Below, piece by piece: positions 42,534 through 54,023 of a DNA stretch of 64,000 bases. Origin of the DNA: Candidatus Methylomirabilia bacterium (GTDB lineage: Bacteria > Methylomirabilota > Methylomirabilia > Rokubacteriales > CSP1-6); NCBI GenBank assembly GCA_041496385.1, contig JBGQEL010000004.1, positions 41,127 through 105,126 on the forward strand. The letters are read 5' to 3'. The position numbers and the translations under genes are program-made. A model generated the notes under the pieces. That model was not told the origin of the DNA. It made no database searches and was given only the letters and a program-made list of their open reading frames with translations. The first letter of the stretch is position 1, and the number at the start of each line of letters is the position of its first letter.

Positions 42534-43294
42534 CAGATGCAGCGCCCGCCGTCGACCTCGAGACACGCGCCCGTGATCATCGCCGCCTCGTCCGAGGCGA
42601 GGAACACGACGGCGTGTGCGAGGTCCTCCGGCTTGTTGAGCCGGCCGAGGGGCACGGTCGCGACGTAGCGCGCCATGCCCTCCGCGTCGATCTCCTTCTT
42701 GCCCATGAAGGTCGCCAGCATCGGCGTCTCCGTGGCCACCGGCGCCAGCGCGACCACGCGCACGCCGTAGGGGGCGCACTCGAGCGCGAGGCTCTTCGTC
42801 AGCGTGACGACGGCGCCCTTCGAGGCCGCGTACGTCTGCCCGCCCGGGCGCGGCCGGATCGCGGCGGTGGACGCGGTCACGATGAACACCCCGCGCTTCT
42901 GCTTCTTCATGACGGCGAGCGCGCACCGGGCGCCGAGCCAGACGCCCTTCACGTTGACGCTGAAGATCCGGTCGAAGACGGCCTCGTCCTGCTCCTCGAT
43001 CGGCGTCGGGAACTGAGGCACGCCGGCGTTGGCCAGAAACACGTCGAGCGTCCCCCACGCGGCGAGCGCCTTCTCGACCATGGCCTGGTTGTCGGCCGCC
43101 CGCGTGACGTCCGCACGGACCGCGAGCGCCTTGCCGCCGGCCTTTTCGATCTGCTCGACGACGGCCTTGGCGCTGATCTCGTTCAGATCGCCCACCACCA
43201 CGCGCGCGCCCTCGCGCGCCATGGCGAGCGCGGCCGCGGCACCGATGCCCGAGCCCGCGCCCGTGATCACCGCGACCTTCCCCTCGAGTCTCAT
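42533..43294 (-). CDS. Short-chain dehydrogenase/reductase
   Basis: TGAGSGIG, ANAG, YAASK, VDGG. Confidence 0.93.
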   Translation of the reverse strand: MRLEGKVAVITGAGSGIGAAAALAMAREGARVVVGDLNEISAKAVVEQIEKAGGKALAVRADVTRAADNQAMVEKALAAWGTLDVFLANAGVPQFPTPIEEQDEAVFDRIFSVNVKGVWLGARCALAVMKKQKRGVFIVTASTAAIRPRPGGQTYAASKGAVVTLTKSLALECAPYGVRVVALAPVATETPMLATFMGKKEIDAEGMARYVATVPLGRLNKPEDLAHAVVFLASDEAAMITGACLEVDGGRCI

Positions 43295-43322
43295 CGTCGA
43301 CCTCCCATTTTCGCGACCGCCC

Positions 43323-44342
43323 TTACAGGACGAGCTCGGCCATCGTCCGCGCGGCCAGGCGGTCCCCGGCGACCATCAGAGTGGTGACGCCGGCCGACCG
43401 CCATTCGCCGAGACGCTCCCGGATCAGCGGGGGCGGCCCGCAGAGCGCCACCTCGTCCACGAGCGCGTCGGGCACCGCGGCCTCGGCCTCGGCCTTCCGC
43501 CCCGCGAGGTAGAGATCCTGGATCGTCGTCGCGGCCTCCTCGTACCCGTAGCGGCGCGCGATCTCGTTGTAGAAGTTGCGACCGCGCGCGCCCATCCCCC
43601 CCACGTAGAGCGCGAGCTTGGCCTTCACGGGCCGCCGGCAGGCGGTCGGATCGTCGCCGACCACGACGGAGACCATCGGCATCACGTCGAATCCCGCGCC
43701 GGATCGTCCGGCGCGCCGGAACCCCTCGCCGAGCCACCCGCGGAACATCGCGGCCCGCCGCGCGGAGAAGATCGTCGGAATCCAGCCGTCGCCGATCTCG
43801 GCCGCGAGTGCCACGTTCTTCGGCCCGACCGCGGCGAGGTAGATCGGGAGATCGGGCCGCCCGTGCAGGATGGACTTGAGCGGCTTGCCGAGGCCGGTCG
43901 CGTCCGCGCCCGCGTAGGGGATCTCGTAGTAGTCGCCGCGATGCTCGAGCGGCTTCTCACGCCGGAAGATCGCCCGCACGATCTCCACGTACTCGCGTGT
44001 GCGCCCGAGCGGCTTGCCGAAGGCCTGACCGTGCCAGCCCTCGACGACCTGCGGCCCCGACACGCCGAGACCCAGCCGGAACCGCCCGCCCGAGAGCGCG
44101 TCGAGCGTCATGGCGGTCATCGCCGTCGCGGCCGGCGTGCGCGCCGCCATCTGCATGATGCCGGTGCCGACGTGGATCCGCGTCGTCCGGGCCGCGATCC
44201 AGGCGGCCGGCGTCACCGCGTCGGAGCCGTACGCCTCCGCCGACCAGACCGAGTCGTACCCGAGGCGCTCGAGCTCGAGGATCGACTCGAGATCGAGGGA
44301 TATCCGCGCGCCGGAATAGTTGAGCGCCAGCGCGAGCTTCAT
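43323..44342 (-). CDS. LLM class (F420-type) oxidoreductase
   Basis: [37 protein letters not shown]. Confidence 0.9.
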   Translation of the reverse strand: MKLALALNYSGARISLDLESILELERLGYDSVWSAEAYGSDAVTPAAWIAARTTRIHVGTGIMQMAARTPAATAMTAMTLDALSGGRFRLGLGVSGPQVVEGWHGQAFGKPLGRTREYVEIVRAIFRREKPLEHRGDYYEIPYAGADATGLGKPLKSILHGRPDLPIYLAAVGPKNVALAAEIGDGWIPTIFSARRAAMFRGWLGEGFRRAGRSGAGFDVMPMVSVVVGDDPTACRRPVKAKLALYVGGMGARGRNFYNEIARRYGYEEAATTIQDLYLAGRKAEAEAAVPDALVDEVALCGPPPLIRERLGEWRSAGVTTLMVAGDRLAARTMAELVL

Positions 44343-44698
44343 GTGGCCCCTCCCCAGGTCCGCGACGTGCGTTGCCGCTCCCACCGGTGGACGCGGAGCA
44401 CCACCCGACCCCGGCGGAACGCCACGCCCTCCTGCTGCAACAGAATTCGCTGCGTCAGCATGCTGGCGACGCGCGCCCGCGCGCTGATCCCACCCTGCGC
44501 GTTGACCACCCGGTGCCACGGCATATCCGCGGGGCACACCCGCAACGCGCGACCGACCGCCCGCGACGAGCGCGGGCGGCCGAGGAGTGCCGCGAGCTGG
44601 CCGTACGTGGCCACGCTCCCGCGCGGGATCCGTCGCACGAGCCGGTGCACGGCCCGCCGGAACGTTAGCGCGGCGGCGATCCGGCCCCGAGCTCCCAC
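44339..44698 (-). CDS. Alkyltransferase-like protein (ATL/YbaZ, MGMT family)
   Basis: [27 protein letters not shown] (Trp replaces the catalytic Cys); start uncertain. Confidence 0.85.
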   Translation of the reverse strand: MGARGRIAAALTFRRAVHRLVRRIPRGSVATYGQLAALLGRPRSSRAVGRALRVCPADMPWHRVVNAQGGISARARVASMLTQRILLQQEGVAFRRGRVVLRVHRWERQRTSRTWGGAT

Positions 44699-46461
44699 AG
44701 CCGCGCGTAGAGCCCGCCGAGCCGCAGCAGGTCGGCGTGGCTCCCTTCCTCGTGGATCCGGCCCCGATGCAGGACGAGGATCCGGTCGGCGTTCTGGACC
44801 GTCGAGAGGCGGTGCGCGATCGTGATGCTGGTCCGGTCTTTCAACAGCTCCGCCATCGCCTGTCGAATGAGCGCCTCGGATTCCGCGTCGACGCTCGACG
44901 TCGCTTCGTCCAGCACCAGAACGGCGGGATTGTACACGAGCGCCCGCGCGATGGCCAGCAGCTGGCGCTGGCCGTGCGAGACGTTGCCGCCGCGCTCGGT
45001 GAGGACCTCGCCGAGCCCGCGCGGCAGCGCCGCGACGAAGGCCGCCGCGCGCGCCGTCTCGATCGCGCGCGCGAGCTCCGCGGCCTGGAGCGTCCCGTCC
45101 GCGCCCAGCCTCAGGTTCTCCTCGATCGTCCCGGTGAACAGCATCGTGTCCTGGAAGATGACGCCGACGTGACGCCGCAGACGCGCCAGCTCCCACTCGC
45201 GCACGTCGACGCCGCCGACGAGGACCCGTCCCCGCGTGACGTCGTAGGCGCGGGTCAGGAGCCGCGCGCAGGTCGACTTCCCCTCGCCGGTGGCGCCCAC
45301 GAGCGCGACGCGCTCGCCCGGCGCCACCCGGAACGCGCAGTCGCGCAGCACCCACGCCTCACCCTCGTATGCGAACCAGACGCCGGCGAGCTCCAGCGAC
45401 GATTCCGCGGCGCGCGGGCGCGCGCGGCCCGCCGGCCCCACCGGGGACACGATCGCGGGGGCCCGGTCGAGGAGGCCGAAGATCCGCTCGGCGGACGCCA
45501 TCGCCGCCTGCATGACGGTGTACTTCGCGCCCAGGTCGCGGATCGGCAGGAAGAATCGCTGGGTGTACTGGATGAACGCGACGAGCGCGCCGAAGGTGAG
45601 GGCGCCGGCGACGATCTCGCCCCCGCCATACCAGATGAGGAGCGCCAGCGCGATCGAGCCGAGCGCCTCGACCGAGGCGTAGAGTGACGCCTCGTAGAGC
45701 GTCGAATTGAACAGGGCGCGCCGGTACCCCGCGTTCGCACGGCGGAAGCTCTCGTACTCGTGGCGCTCCCGCGCGAAGAGCTGGATCACGGTCATGCCCT
45801 GGAGCGCCTCCTGCAGGACACCGTTCAGGTGGGCCAGGCGCTGGCGCACGCGCCGGTAGGCGTCCCGCGCGCGGATCCGGAAGTAGGCGGCGGCGCCGAA
45901 GAGCGCGGGCACGATGGAGAACGTGACGAGGGCGAGGTGCCAGTCGAGCCAGAGCATGACGCCCACGACGCCCACGAGCGTGATCACGTCCGCCAGGATC
46001 GCGAAGAGGCCGCTCGTGAACGCCTCGCTCACCGCCTCGACGTCGTAGAGGACGCGGGTCATCAGCCGGCCGACCGGATTGCGATCGAAGAACGCGGCCT
46101 CGAGCTTCAACAGGTGCGCGAAGATCTCGGCGCGCAGGTCGTGGATGACGCGCTGGCCCGTGAGCTGCATCAGGTAGGCCTCGACCCACCGGAGCGCATA
46201 GAGGAGGACGAGCACCGCGACGTAGAGGGCCGCGACCCAGGTGAGGCCGAGCCAGTCGGCGCGCAGGATGTGCTCGTCGATGGCGATCTTGAGGAGATAC
46301 GGCTGCGCGAGCTCGGCCGCCGCGATGAGGGGGAACAGGAGCGCCGAGCCCGTGATGAGCGCCCGGTGGGGGCGCGCCGCCTGCCAGAGGCGCGCGACCA
46401 GGCGGCGGTCGAAGACGCGACCGAGCCGCGCGTCGACCTCCGCCTCGTGCGCGTCAGGCAC
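44665..46461 (-). CDS. ABC exporter, fused permease/ATPase (MdlB-like, degenerate signature)
   Basis: TM domain, [27 protein letters not shown]. Confidence 0.92.
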   Translation of the reverse strand: MPDAHEAEVDARLGRVFDRRLVARLWQAARPHRALITGSALLFPLIAAAELAQPYLLKIAIDEHILRADWLGLTWVAALYVAVLVLLYALRWVEAYLMQLTGQRVIHDLRAEIFAHLLKLEAAFFDRNPVGRLMTRVLYDVEAVSEAFTSGLFAILADVITLVGVVGVMLWLDWHLALVTFSIVPALFGAAAYFRIRARDAYRRVRQRLAHLNGVLQEALQGMTVIQLFARERHEYESFRRANAGYRRALFNSTLYEASLYASVEALGSIALALLIWYGGGEIVAGALTFGALVAFIQYTQRFFLPIRDLGAKYTVMQAAMASAERIFGLLDRAPAIVSPVGPAGRARPRAAESSLELAGVWFAYEGEAWVLRDCAFRVAPGERVALVGATGEGKSTCARLLTRAYDVTRGRVLVGGVDVREWELARLRRHVGVIFQDTMLFTGTIEENLRLGADGTLQAAELARAIETARAAAFVAALPRGLGEVLTERGGNVSHGQRQLLAIARALVYNPAVLVLDEATSSVDAESEALIRQAMAELLKDRTSITIAHRLSTVQNADRILVLHRGRIHEEGSHADLLRLGGLYARLWELGAGSPPR

Positions 46462-48202
46462 GGGCGATCTCCTCCTCGAGCTGCTGGATCCGCCAGAGGC
46501 GGGCGTAGAGCCCGCCCGCGGCCAGCAGCTCGGCGTGGCGGCCCGTCTCCAGCACGCGACCCTCCGCGAGCACGACGATCCGGTCGGCGAGCTGGGCCGC
46601 GCGGAGCCGGTGCGTCATCAGGAGGACCGTCCGTCCCGACACGAACCGCCTGAGACTCCCCACGATCTCCTCCTCCTTCGCCGAGTCCACGGAGGCGAAG
46701 GCGTCGTCGAGGACCAGGATCGGCGGCGCGCCGGCGAGCGCCCGCGCGAGCGCCACGCGCTGGCGCTGGCCGCCGGAGAGCGTGAGCCCGCGCTCGCCGA
46801 CGACGGTGTCGTACCCGGCGGGACACTGCTCGATCTCGCCGGCGACGCCCGCGGCCGCGGTCGCCGCGCGCACGCGCGCCTCGTCCACGCCCTCCCGGCC
46901 GAGCGCGACGTTCTCGCCAAGCGCGCGCGAGAAGAGGAAGCCCTCCTGCGGGACGTAGCCCACCATGGCGCGCAGCTCCTGGCGCCCGATCGCGGTCACA
47001 TCGCGATCGCCGACGAAGGTCGTGCCGGGCGGCGGCTCCCAGAGCCGCGCCAGCAGGAGGCCGAGCGTGGATTTCCCGCTCCCGGTCGGTCCGACGATCG
47101 CGACGGTCTCCCCGGGGGCGACCGCAAAGCTCACGCTCGCGAGCGCCGGCGCCCGCCCCTCGTACGCGAACGTCAGGTCCTCGAACCTGATGCCAAACGC
47201 CCTCGCCGCCGCCGAGCCCGCCGCGGCCCCCGCCACCTCCGCGCCAACACTCCCCGCTCCGACAATCTCGTGGATCCGCTGCATGGACGTCAGGCCGCGT
47301 CTGAGGATCGACAGCGTCCAGCCCAGCGCGATCGTCGGCCAGGTCAGATACGCGAGGTAGCCGTTGAACGCGACGAGCGCGCCCAGGCTGAGCCGCCCCT
47401 CCACGACCGCCTTGCCGCCCGCCCAGAGGACGACGAGCGTCCCCACGCCGGCGATCAGCCCCATCAGGGGTGCGACGGACGACTGCGTCCGGGCCAGCGC
47501 CAGGCTCCGGGCGAGATACTCGCCGTTCTCGCGGGCGAAATCCGCCGCGGCGCGCGGCTCGAGCGTGTAGGCCCGCACGACGGACATCCCGGCGATGTAC
47601 TCCTGGACCTTGGCCGACAGCACGCCGAGCTGCTCCTGCGCCGCCTGGGCCCGCTCGTTCACGACGCTGTTGAAGCGCTTGACGAGGAAGACCAGCGCCG
47701 GGTACGGCGCCATCGCCCAGAGCGTCAGCCAGGGGTCCACGGCGAGCATCGCCCCGAGCGCACCGACGAACGCGAACGCGGTGCCGAAGAGGCTCACGGC
47801 GCCGAAGCCGACGAGCGCGCGCACGGCGGCGACGTCGCTCGAGGCGCGGGACATCAACTCTCCGGTCGGGTGGGTCGCGTAGAACGCCGGGGGGAACCCC
47901 TGCAGGCTCGCGTACAGGTCGTTGCGGAGATCGTACTCGATCCGCTGGCCGCCGCCGATGATCGCGAAACGCGACCCGAGACGCGCGAGGCCGTTGGCGA
48001 GGGCCAGCGCGACGATCACGGCGACGTAGCGGCCGAGCCCGGCGGCGCCGGTCTCCGCGCGCAGGGCGTCGATCGCGCGCTGCACCGTCCAGGGAATCGC
48101 GAGCGAGGCCAGCGTCGCGGCCGCGAGGCAGAATGCGCCGGCGGCGTAGCGGGCGCGGTAGCGCGCCACGCGACGCCAGAGGGCCCGGGCGGGAGACGTC
48201 AG
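46454..48202 (-). CDS. ABC exporter, fused permease/ATPase (MdlA-like)
   Basis: TGELMSRASSD, GPTGSGKST, LSGGQRQRVALARAL, LDDAFASVD; start uncertain (CTG overlapping the panE stop). Confidence 0.9.
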   Translation of the reverse strand: MTSPARALWRRVARYRARYAAGAFCLAAATLASLAIPWTVQRAIDALRAETGAAGLGRYVAVIVALALANGLARLGSRFAIIGGGQRIEYDLRNDLYASLQGFPPAFYATHPTGELMSRASSDVAAVRALVGFGAVSLFGTAFAFVGALGAMLAVDPWLTLWAMAPYPALVFLVKRFNSVVNERAQAAQEQLGVLSAKVQEYIAGMSVVRAYTLEPRAAADFARENGEYLARSLALARTQSSVAPLMGLIAGVGTLVVLWAGGKAVVEGRLSLGALVAFNGYLAYLTWPTIALGWTLSILRRGLTSMQRIHEIVGAGSVGAEVAGAAAGSAAARAFGIRFEDLTFAYEGRAPALASVSFAVAPGETVAIVGPTGSGKSTLGLLLARLWEPPPGTTFVGDRDVTAIGRQELRAMVGYVPQEGFLFSRALGENVALGREGVDEARVRAATAAAGVAGEIEQCPAGYDTVVGERGLTLSGGQRQRVALARALAGAPPILVLDDAFASVDSAKEEEIVGSLRRFVSGRTVLLMTHRLRAAQLADRIVVLAEGRVLETGRHAELLAAGGLYARLWRIQQLEEEIARA

Positions 48203-49119
48203 CCGCGGCTCCCCGCGACGTGCGGCTTGAGTGCCCCGTACACCGCGAAGTTCGTCGGCACCGCGACGCCCAGGCGCTGCCCGAGCCGCACCGCGTGCCC
48301 GTGGAGAGCCTCGAGCTCGAGGCGCCGGCCCAGGCTCAGGTCCTGGGCGAGCGAAGCGCGGTTGCCCGGCGCGATCCCGGCCGCGAGCTTCACGGTCTGG
48401 TCGACGATGTCGTCGGGCAGGCCGGCGCCGGCCGCGGCGCCGAGGGCGGCGACCTCCTCGACGATGCGCCGGAACATCGCCCACGCCTCGGGGGTGTCGC
48501 GGACCACGCCGATCGGGCAGCGCGTGAGCGCGGTCATGCCGGCCACGGCACAGATGAGCACGTACTTCTCCCAGAGCGCGCGCCGGACGTTCGCCGTCAG
48601 CTCCACCGGAACCCCGGCGCGCTCGAACGCCCCGAGCAGGCGCTCGGCACGCACGCTCCGCCGTCCGTCCAGCTCGCCGAAGATGATCCGCCCGGCGAAG
48701 TGGTGCGCGATGACACCCGGGCGGTCGATGACCGCGAACACCTGGGCGACGCCGCCCAGCGCGTGCCCCGCGCCGAGCACCGCGTCGATCGTGTCCTCGT
48801 TGTCGACACCGTTCTGGAGCGAGAGCACCGCGGTCGCCGGGCCGACCACGGGCCGGAGCTGGCCGGCCGCGCGCTCGGTGTCGAACGACTTGACGCAGAA
48901 CAGGACGACGTCGGCCGGCGGCAGGCCCCGCACGTCCTCGACGGCCTGCGGACGCACGACGGACTCCCCCTCGATCGCCGACCGGATCGTGAGGCCGTCG
49001 CGCCGGATCGCCTCGAGGTGCTCGCCGCGGGCGACCAGCGTGACCGTCTCGCCGGCACGCAGCAGCTTCGCGCCGAAGAACCCGCCGACCCCACCGGCCC
49101 CCATGACCACGACGTGCAT
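48199..49119 (-). CDS. panE: 2-dehydropantoate 2-reductase family
   Basis: VMGAGGVGG, FCVKSFD, LQNGVD, LWEKY, ASLAQDL. Confidence 0.88.
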   Translation of the reverse strand: MHVVVMGAGGVGGFFGAKLLRAGETVTLVARGEHLEAIRRDGLTIRSAIEGESVVRPQAVEDVRGLPPADVVLFCVKSFDTERAAGQLRPVVGPATAVLSLQNGVDNEDTIDAVLGAGHALGGVAQVFAVIDRPGVIAHHFAGRIIFGELDGRRSVRAERLLGAFERAGVPVELTANVRRALWEKYVLICAVAGMTALTRCPIGVVRDTPEAWAMFRRIVEEVAALGAAAGAGLPDDIVDQTVKLAAGIAPGNRASLAQDLSLGRRLELEALHGHAVRLGQRLGVAVPTNFAVYGALKPHVAGSRG

Positions 49120-49146
49120 GGCACGTATGATACATTGCGGACACGC

Positions 49147-49932
49147 ATGGCATCGCTCGAACGCCACGTGGCGATCGACGCCGCGCGCGCCGCCGGCCAG
49201 CTCCTCGTGAGCGAGCTGGAGGGATCGAGGCGCATCGCATACAAGGGCACGCCCACCAACCTCGTCACCGAGATGGACGCGCGCGCCGAGGACCTCATCG
49301 TGCGCCGCCTGGCCGCCGCGTTTCCCGATGACGCGATCCTCGCCGAGGAGCGCGGCGCCCAGGCCGGACGCTCGGGCCGGCGCTGGATCATCGACCCGCT
49401 CGACGGCACGACGAACTACGCGCACGGCATTCCCGTCTTCGGCGTCTCCATCGGGCTCGAGGTGGCCGGCCGCGTCGAGCTCGGTGTCGCCTTCGATCCG
49501 AACCGTGACGAGCTCTTCGTCGCCGAACCCGGAGGGGGCGCCACGCTCAACGGCCGGCGGCTCGCGGTGTCGTCGGCGGCGACGCTCCGCGAGAGCCTGC
49601 TGACCACCGGCTTCCCCTACAACGTCGCCGAGACGGCCGACAACAACCTGCGCGAGTACGCGGCCTTCGCCGTGCGCTCGCGCGGCGTGCGCCGCATGGG
49701 CTCGGCCGTGCTCGATCTCTGCTGGCTCGCCGCCGGCCGCTACGACGGCTTCTGGGAGCTCACGCTGGGCCCCTGGGACGTCGCGGCGGGCGGCCTGCTC
49801 GTCGAGGAGGCGGGCGGCCGCGTCACGAACCTGCGCGGCGGGCCGCTCGACATCGACGCGCCCACCCTCGTCGCGAGCAACGGCCGCATCCACGACGCGC
49901 TGCTCGCCGTGCTCGAGGAGGTCCGGGCCTGA
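49147..49932 (+). CDS. suhB: Inositol monophosphatase family
   Basis: WIIDPLDGTTNYAHG, RRMGSAVLD, PWDVAAG. Confidence 0.9.
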   Translation: MASLERHVAIDAARAAGQLLVSELEGSRRIAYKGTPTNLVTEMDARAEDLIVRRLAAAFPDDAILAEERGAQAGRSGRRWIIDPLDGTTNYAHGIPVFGVSIGLEVAGRVELGVAFDPNRDELFVAEPGGGATLNGRRLAVSSAATLRESLLTTGFPYNVAETADNNLREYAAFAVRSRGVRRMGSAVLDLCWLAAGRYDGFWELTLGPWDVAAGGLLVEEAGGRVTNLRGGPLDIDAPTLVASNGRIHDALLAVLEEVRA

Positions 49933-49933
49933 C

Positions 49934-51313
49934 GTGCCGACCACCGCCTCGCGCCGCCTGGCCCGCTTCGTCCTCGGCCTCCGGCTGGACGACGTGCCGC
50001 AGCCAGTCGTGGCGAAGGCGACCCTGCTGGCGCTCGACACGCTCGGCAGCTGCCTGGCCTCGACCCGGTACGACTTCGGCCGGGCGGTCCTGCGCACCGC
50101 CGAGCGTCTCGGCGGCCCCCCCGAGAGCACGCTCCTGGGCGGCACGGTCCGCGTGGCGGCGGCCAACGCCGTGCTCGCGAACGCCACGCTCGCGCACGGG
50201 CTGGACTTCGACGACACGCGCGAGGACGCGATCGTCCACACGGGCTCGGTCGCGGTCACGACCGCCGTCGCCGTCGGCGAGGCGCTCGGCGCCACCGGCC
50301 GCGCCGCGCTCGAGGCCGTGATCGCCGGCGTCGAGGTGATGTGCCGCGTCGGGCTCGCCGTTCCGGGCCGGTTCCACGCGCGCCACTACCACCCGACGTC
50401 GCTCACGGGGTCCTTCGCCGCCGCGGCCGTCGCCGGGAAGCTCCACGGCCTCACCGAGGACGAGCTCGTCCACGCGTTCGGCATCTGCGGCAGCCAGGCC
50501 GGAGGCATCATCGAGTACCTGGCCGACGGCTCGTGGACGAAGCGGCTCCATCCGGGCTGGGCGGCGCACGCCGGGGTCGTCGCTACCCTGCTCGCGCGGT
50601 TCGGCTTCTCCGGGCCCGGGACGGTCTTCGAGGGCGAGCACGGCTTCTATCGCGCGTTCGCGGGCGACTGGGAGCCGCTTCGGCTCGAGGCCCAGCTGGC
50701 CAGCCTCGGCCTCGTGTGGGAGCTCGAGCGACTCACGTTCAAGCCGTACCCGTGCGGCTCGATCGCGCATCCCTACATGGACTGCGCGCTCCGTCTCCGC
50801 GAGCGCCACGGGCTCGTGCCCGATCAGATCGCGGACATCACGTGCCGTACCGCCGCGGGTCCGGTGCCGCGCCTCTGGGAGCCGCTGGCGGCGAAGCGCG
50901 CGCCGCAGAACGGCTACGCCGCCAAGTTCAGCCTGCCGTATCTGGTGGCGGTGATGCTGGTGAAGGGCCGCGCGGGGCTCGCCGAGTTCGAGGACGAGGC
51001 CGTGGGCGACGCGGCGGTGCGCGCCGTCGCGTCGCGCGTCGGCTACGAGCTGGATCCGAGCATCGACTACCCGCGCCAGTTCGTCGGCCACGTCAGCATC
51101 CGCGCGGCCGACGGGCGCGTGCTCGAGGAGCGCCAGGACCATCCGCGCGGCGGCGCCGACTTCCCGATGACCCGGGAAGAGCTCGAGGCGAAGTTCCGGG
51201 GCAACGCGGGCCTCGTGATGCCGGCCGAGCGGGCGGCGCTCGTGATCCGCGCCGTGGGCGCGCTCACGACCGGCGTCGGGCTCCACGGGCTGGTGGAGTC
51301 CCTCGCGGCATGA
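49934..51313 (+). CDS. MmgE/PrpD family protein
   Basis: AHGLDFDD, WTKRLHPG, FKPYPCG, AKFSLPY. Confidence 0.92.
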   Translation: MPTTASRRLARFVLGLRLDDVPQPVVAKATLLALDTLGSCLASTRYDFGRAVLRTAERLGGPPESTLLGGTVRVAAANAVLANATLAHGLDFDDTREDAIVHTGSVAVTTAVAVGEALGATGRAALEAVIAGVEVMCRVGLAVPGRFHARHYHPTSLTGSFAAAAVAGKLHGLTEDELVHAFGICGSQAGGIIEYLADGSWTKRLHPGWAAHAGVVATLLARFGFSGPGTVFEGEHGFYRAFAGDWEPLRLEAQLASLGLVWELERLTFKPYPCGSIAHPYMDCALRLRERHGLVPDQIADITCRTAAGPVPRLWEPLAAKRAPQNGYAAKFSLPYLVAVMLVKGRAGLAEFEDEAVGDAAVRAVASRVGYELDPSIDYPRQFVGHVSIRAADGRVLEERQDHPRGGADFPMTREELEAKFRGNAGLVMPAERAALVIRAVGALTTGVGLHGLVESLAA

Positions 51314-51324
51314 AGGAGCGAACC

Positions 51325-52347
51325 ATGGGCATACGATGCCGTCGTCTCTCCGCGCTCGTCTGCGCGCTCGCCCTGCTCACCGGCCCGGCCTCGGCGCAGG
51401 ACGCGCGCCTGGAGGCCGCGCGGAAAGAAGGCAAGGTCGTCTGGTACACGTCGCTCGCCCTCTCGAGCGCCGAGAAGGTCGCCCGGCTCTTCGAGGCCGC
51501 GTACCCGGGGATCAAGGTCGAGGTCCAGCGCACCGGCTCGCAGCGCATTCTCCAGCGGGTGATGCAGGAGCTCCAGGCGAACCTCAAGATCGTGGACGTC
51601 ATTCACACTTCCGACGCCGGCCACTACGTGCTGCTCAAGGAGAAGAAGCTCCTGCTGAAGTACACGCCCGCCGGCGTGGACGCGTTCCCGCCGGGGTTCA
51701 AGGACCGGGACGGCTACTACTACGGCCTGCGCGCGACGGTCAACGTCATCGCCTACAACACCAAGCTCGTCCCGGCGAGCGAGGCGCCGCGGACCTGGAA
51801 GGATCTCCTCGATCCGAAGTGGCGGGGCAAGCTCGTCACGGCCCATCCCGGCTACAGCGGCGTCACCGCGACGCACGTGCTGGCCCTCGTCCACCTCTAC
51901 GGCTGGGACTACTTCAGGCAGCTCGCGCAGAACCGGCTCATGCTCGTGCAGTCCGCCGTGGATCCGTCGGGCGTCGTCGCCTCCGGCGAGCGGCCGGTCG
52001 CGGTGAACGGCGGCGACTACACTTTTTACCAGGTCAAGAAGAAGGGAAACCCGGTGGAGATGGTCTATCCGAGGGAAGGCGTGCCGCTCGTCGTCTCCCC
52101 CACCGCGATCGCCGCCGGGGCGCCGCATCCGAACGCCGCCCGGCTCTTCACCGACTTCACCTTCAGCAGGGAGATCCAGCAGGTGCTGGCCGACACCGAG
52201 GGGCTCTACACCGGTCATCCCGGCGTGACGTACCCGGCCGACAAGCCCAAGCTCGGCGAGCTCAAGCTGCTCCAGGTGGACGCCGAGGAGCTCGAGAAAC
52301 GGAACGAGGAGATCAAGACGCGGTTCGTGGAATTCTTCGGCGCGTAG
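51325..52347 (+). CDS. ABC transporter substrate-binding protein (Fe3+/AfuA-like family)
   Basis: Signal peptide, EGKVVWYTS, IAYNTKLV, APHPNAARLF; AAGGAG RBS. Confidence 0.88.
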   Translation: MGIRCRRLSALVCALALLTGPASAQDARLEAARKEGKVVWYTSLALSSAEKVARLFEAAYPGIKVEVQRTGSQRILQRVMQELQANLKIVDVIHTSDAGHYVLLKEKKLLLKYTPAGVDAFPPGFKDRDGYYYGLRATVNVIAYNTKLVPASEAPRTWKDLLDPKWRGKLVTAHPGYSGVTATHVLALVHLYGWDYFRQLAQNRLMLVQSAVDPSGVVASGERPVAVNGGDYTFYQVKKKGNPVEMVYPREGVPLVVSPTAIAAGAPHPNAARLFTDFTFSREIQQVLADTEGLYTGHPGVTYPADKPKLGELKLLQVDAEELEKRNEEIKTRFVEFFGA

Positions 52348-52354
52348 GCGCGGC

Positions 52355-54013
52355 GTGGATCGTTCCCTCCCGGTCTGGGTGCTCGCGGCGGTGGCCCTCG
52401 TCGTCCTGATGGCGCTGCCGCTCGGCTGGCTCGCGTACGTCAGCGTGAGCGGCGTGGAGGGGGCCACCCTCGCCCACTACCGGCGCGTGTTCACGGACCC
52501 ACCCCTGCAGAAGGCCCTCTGGAACACCGTGGTGCTCGCCTTCTGGGTGGGCCTCGCGTCGCTCCTGCTCGGCGCGCCGATGGCCTGGCTCACGGCGCGG
52601 ACCGATTTGCCTGGCACGCGACTGATCCGCGGCCTCATCCTGGCGTCGTTCGTGACGCCGCCGTTCCTCGGCGCCTTCGCGTGGGTCATGCTGGCGGGCC
52701 CCAATGCCGGCCTGCTCAACAAGATCTACCGGAGTCTGACCGGCGCCGACGAGCCGCTCGTCAACGTGTTCAGCATGCCGGGGCTGATCTTCGTCGTCTC
52801 GATCTACACGTTCCCCTATGTCTTCATCATGATCGCCAACACCCTGGAGCTGATCGCCTCCGACCTCGAGGAAGCGGCGTCGATCCTGGGCGCCGGCCGG
52901 CTCCGCGTCGCGCTGACCGTGACGCTCCCGATGGTCCTGCCCGCGATCGCCAGCGGGTTCATCCTGGCCGTCCTCCAGGCGCTGGCGCTCTTCGGCTCGC
53001 CCGCCATTCTGGCGCTGCCGGCCGGGTTCCACACGATCACGACGCAGATCTGGGCCATGTTCCAGTACCCGCCGAAGGTCGAGATGGCCGCGGCGTTCTC
53101 GGTGCCGCTGTTCCTGGCGACAGCACTGCTCCTGCTGCTCCAGAAGCGCCTCCTCGGACGGCGCGGCTACGCGACGGTCGGCGGCAAGGGCGGCCAGCGG
53201 CGACGGCTCCCGCTCGGTCCCTGGCGCTGGCCGGCCCTGGCCGGCTGCCTGGCCGTCATGGCGTGCTCGATCTTCCTGCCCTACGCCATCCTGGCCAAGG
53301 CCGCGGCCGCCCGCGCCTGGGCCCAGCCCCTGACGCTCGACAACCTCACGCTCGGGAATCTGGCACTCACCTTCGGGCACGACGGCACCCGCGCCGCGAT
53401 CTGGAACACGCTGGAGCTCGGCGTCATGACGGCCTGCGTGGGCGCGGGGCTGGCCGCGCTGCTCGCGTACACCGCGAACCGGCGTCTCATCCCGGGTCAT
53501 CAGTTCCTGGCGTTCCTGACGCTGGCGCCCGTGGCCATCCCGGGTATCGTGCTGGCCGTCGCGCTCTTCGTCGCGTATACGCGGCCGCCCCTCATGCTCT
53601 ACGGCAGCCTCTGGATCCTCTTCGTCGCGTACCTGACGAAGGAGCTGCCCGTCGGCTACTCGCAGTCGGACGCCACGTTCAAGGGCATCCATCCCGAGCT
53701 GGAGGAAGCCGGGCGCATCCTGGGCGCCGGGCGGCTGCGGGTGCTCGCCGAGATCACGGCGCCCCTGGCCCGGAGCGGTATCATCGCCACCTGGTGCTTC
53801 GTGTTCATCGGCGTGATCCGCGAGCTGTCGGCCTCCATCATCCTCTTCACGCCCAACACGAAGGTCCTCTCGGTCGTGATCTTCGACCTGAAGGAAGAAG
53901 GCCAGTTCGGCGCCATCGCCGTCCTGGGCATCTTCATGCTCGCCATGACCTTCGCGGTCGTCGTGGCGATGCAGAAGCTGCTCGGCCGGGACTTCGTCTC
54001 GGTCAAGGAGTGA
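52355..54013 (+). CDS. Iron(III)-type ABC permease (two EAA loops)
   Basis: LEEAASILGA and LEEAGRILGA. Confidence 0.9.
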   Translation: MDRSLPVWVLAAVALVVLMALPLGWLAYVSVSGVEGATLAHYRRVFTDPPLQKALWNTVVLAFWVGLASLLLGAPMAWLTARTDLPGTRLIRGLILASFVTPPFLGAFAWVMLAGPNAGLLNKIYRSLTGADEPLVNVFSMPGLIFVVSIYTFPYVFIMIANTLELIASDLEEAASILGAGRLRVALTVTLPMVLPAIASGFILAVLQALALFGSPAILALPAGFHTITTQIWAMFQYPPKVEMAAAFSVPLFLATALLLLLQKRLLGRRGYATVGGKGGQRRRLPLGPWRWPALAGCLAVMACSIFLPYAILAKAAAARAWAQPLTLDNLTLGNLALTFGHDGTRAAIWNTLELGVMTACVGAGLAALLAYTANRRLIPGHQFLAFLTLAPVAIPGIVLAVALFVAYTRPPLMLYGSLWILFVAYLTKELPVGYSQSDATFKGIHPELEEAGRILGAGRLRVLAEITAPLARSGIIATWCFVFIGVIRELSASIILFTPNTKVLSVVIFDLKEEGQFGAIAVLGIFMLAMTFAVVVAMQKLLGRDFVSVKE

Positions 54014-54023
54014 GGCGGGCGCG

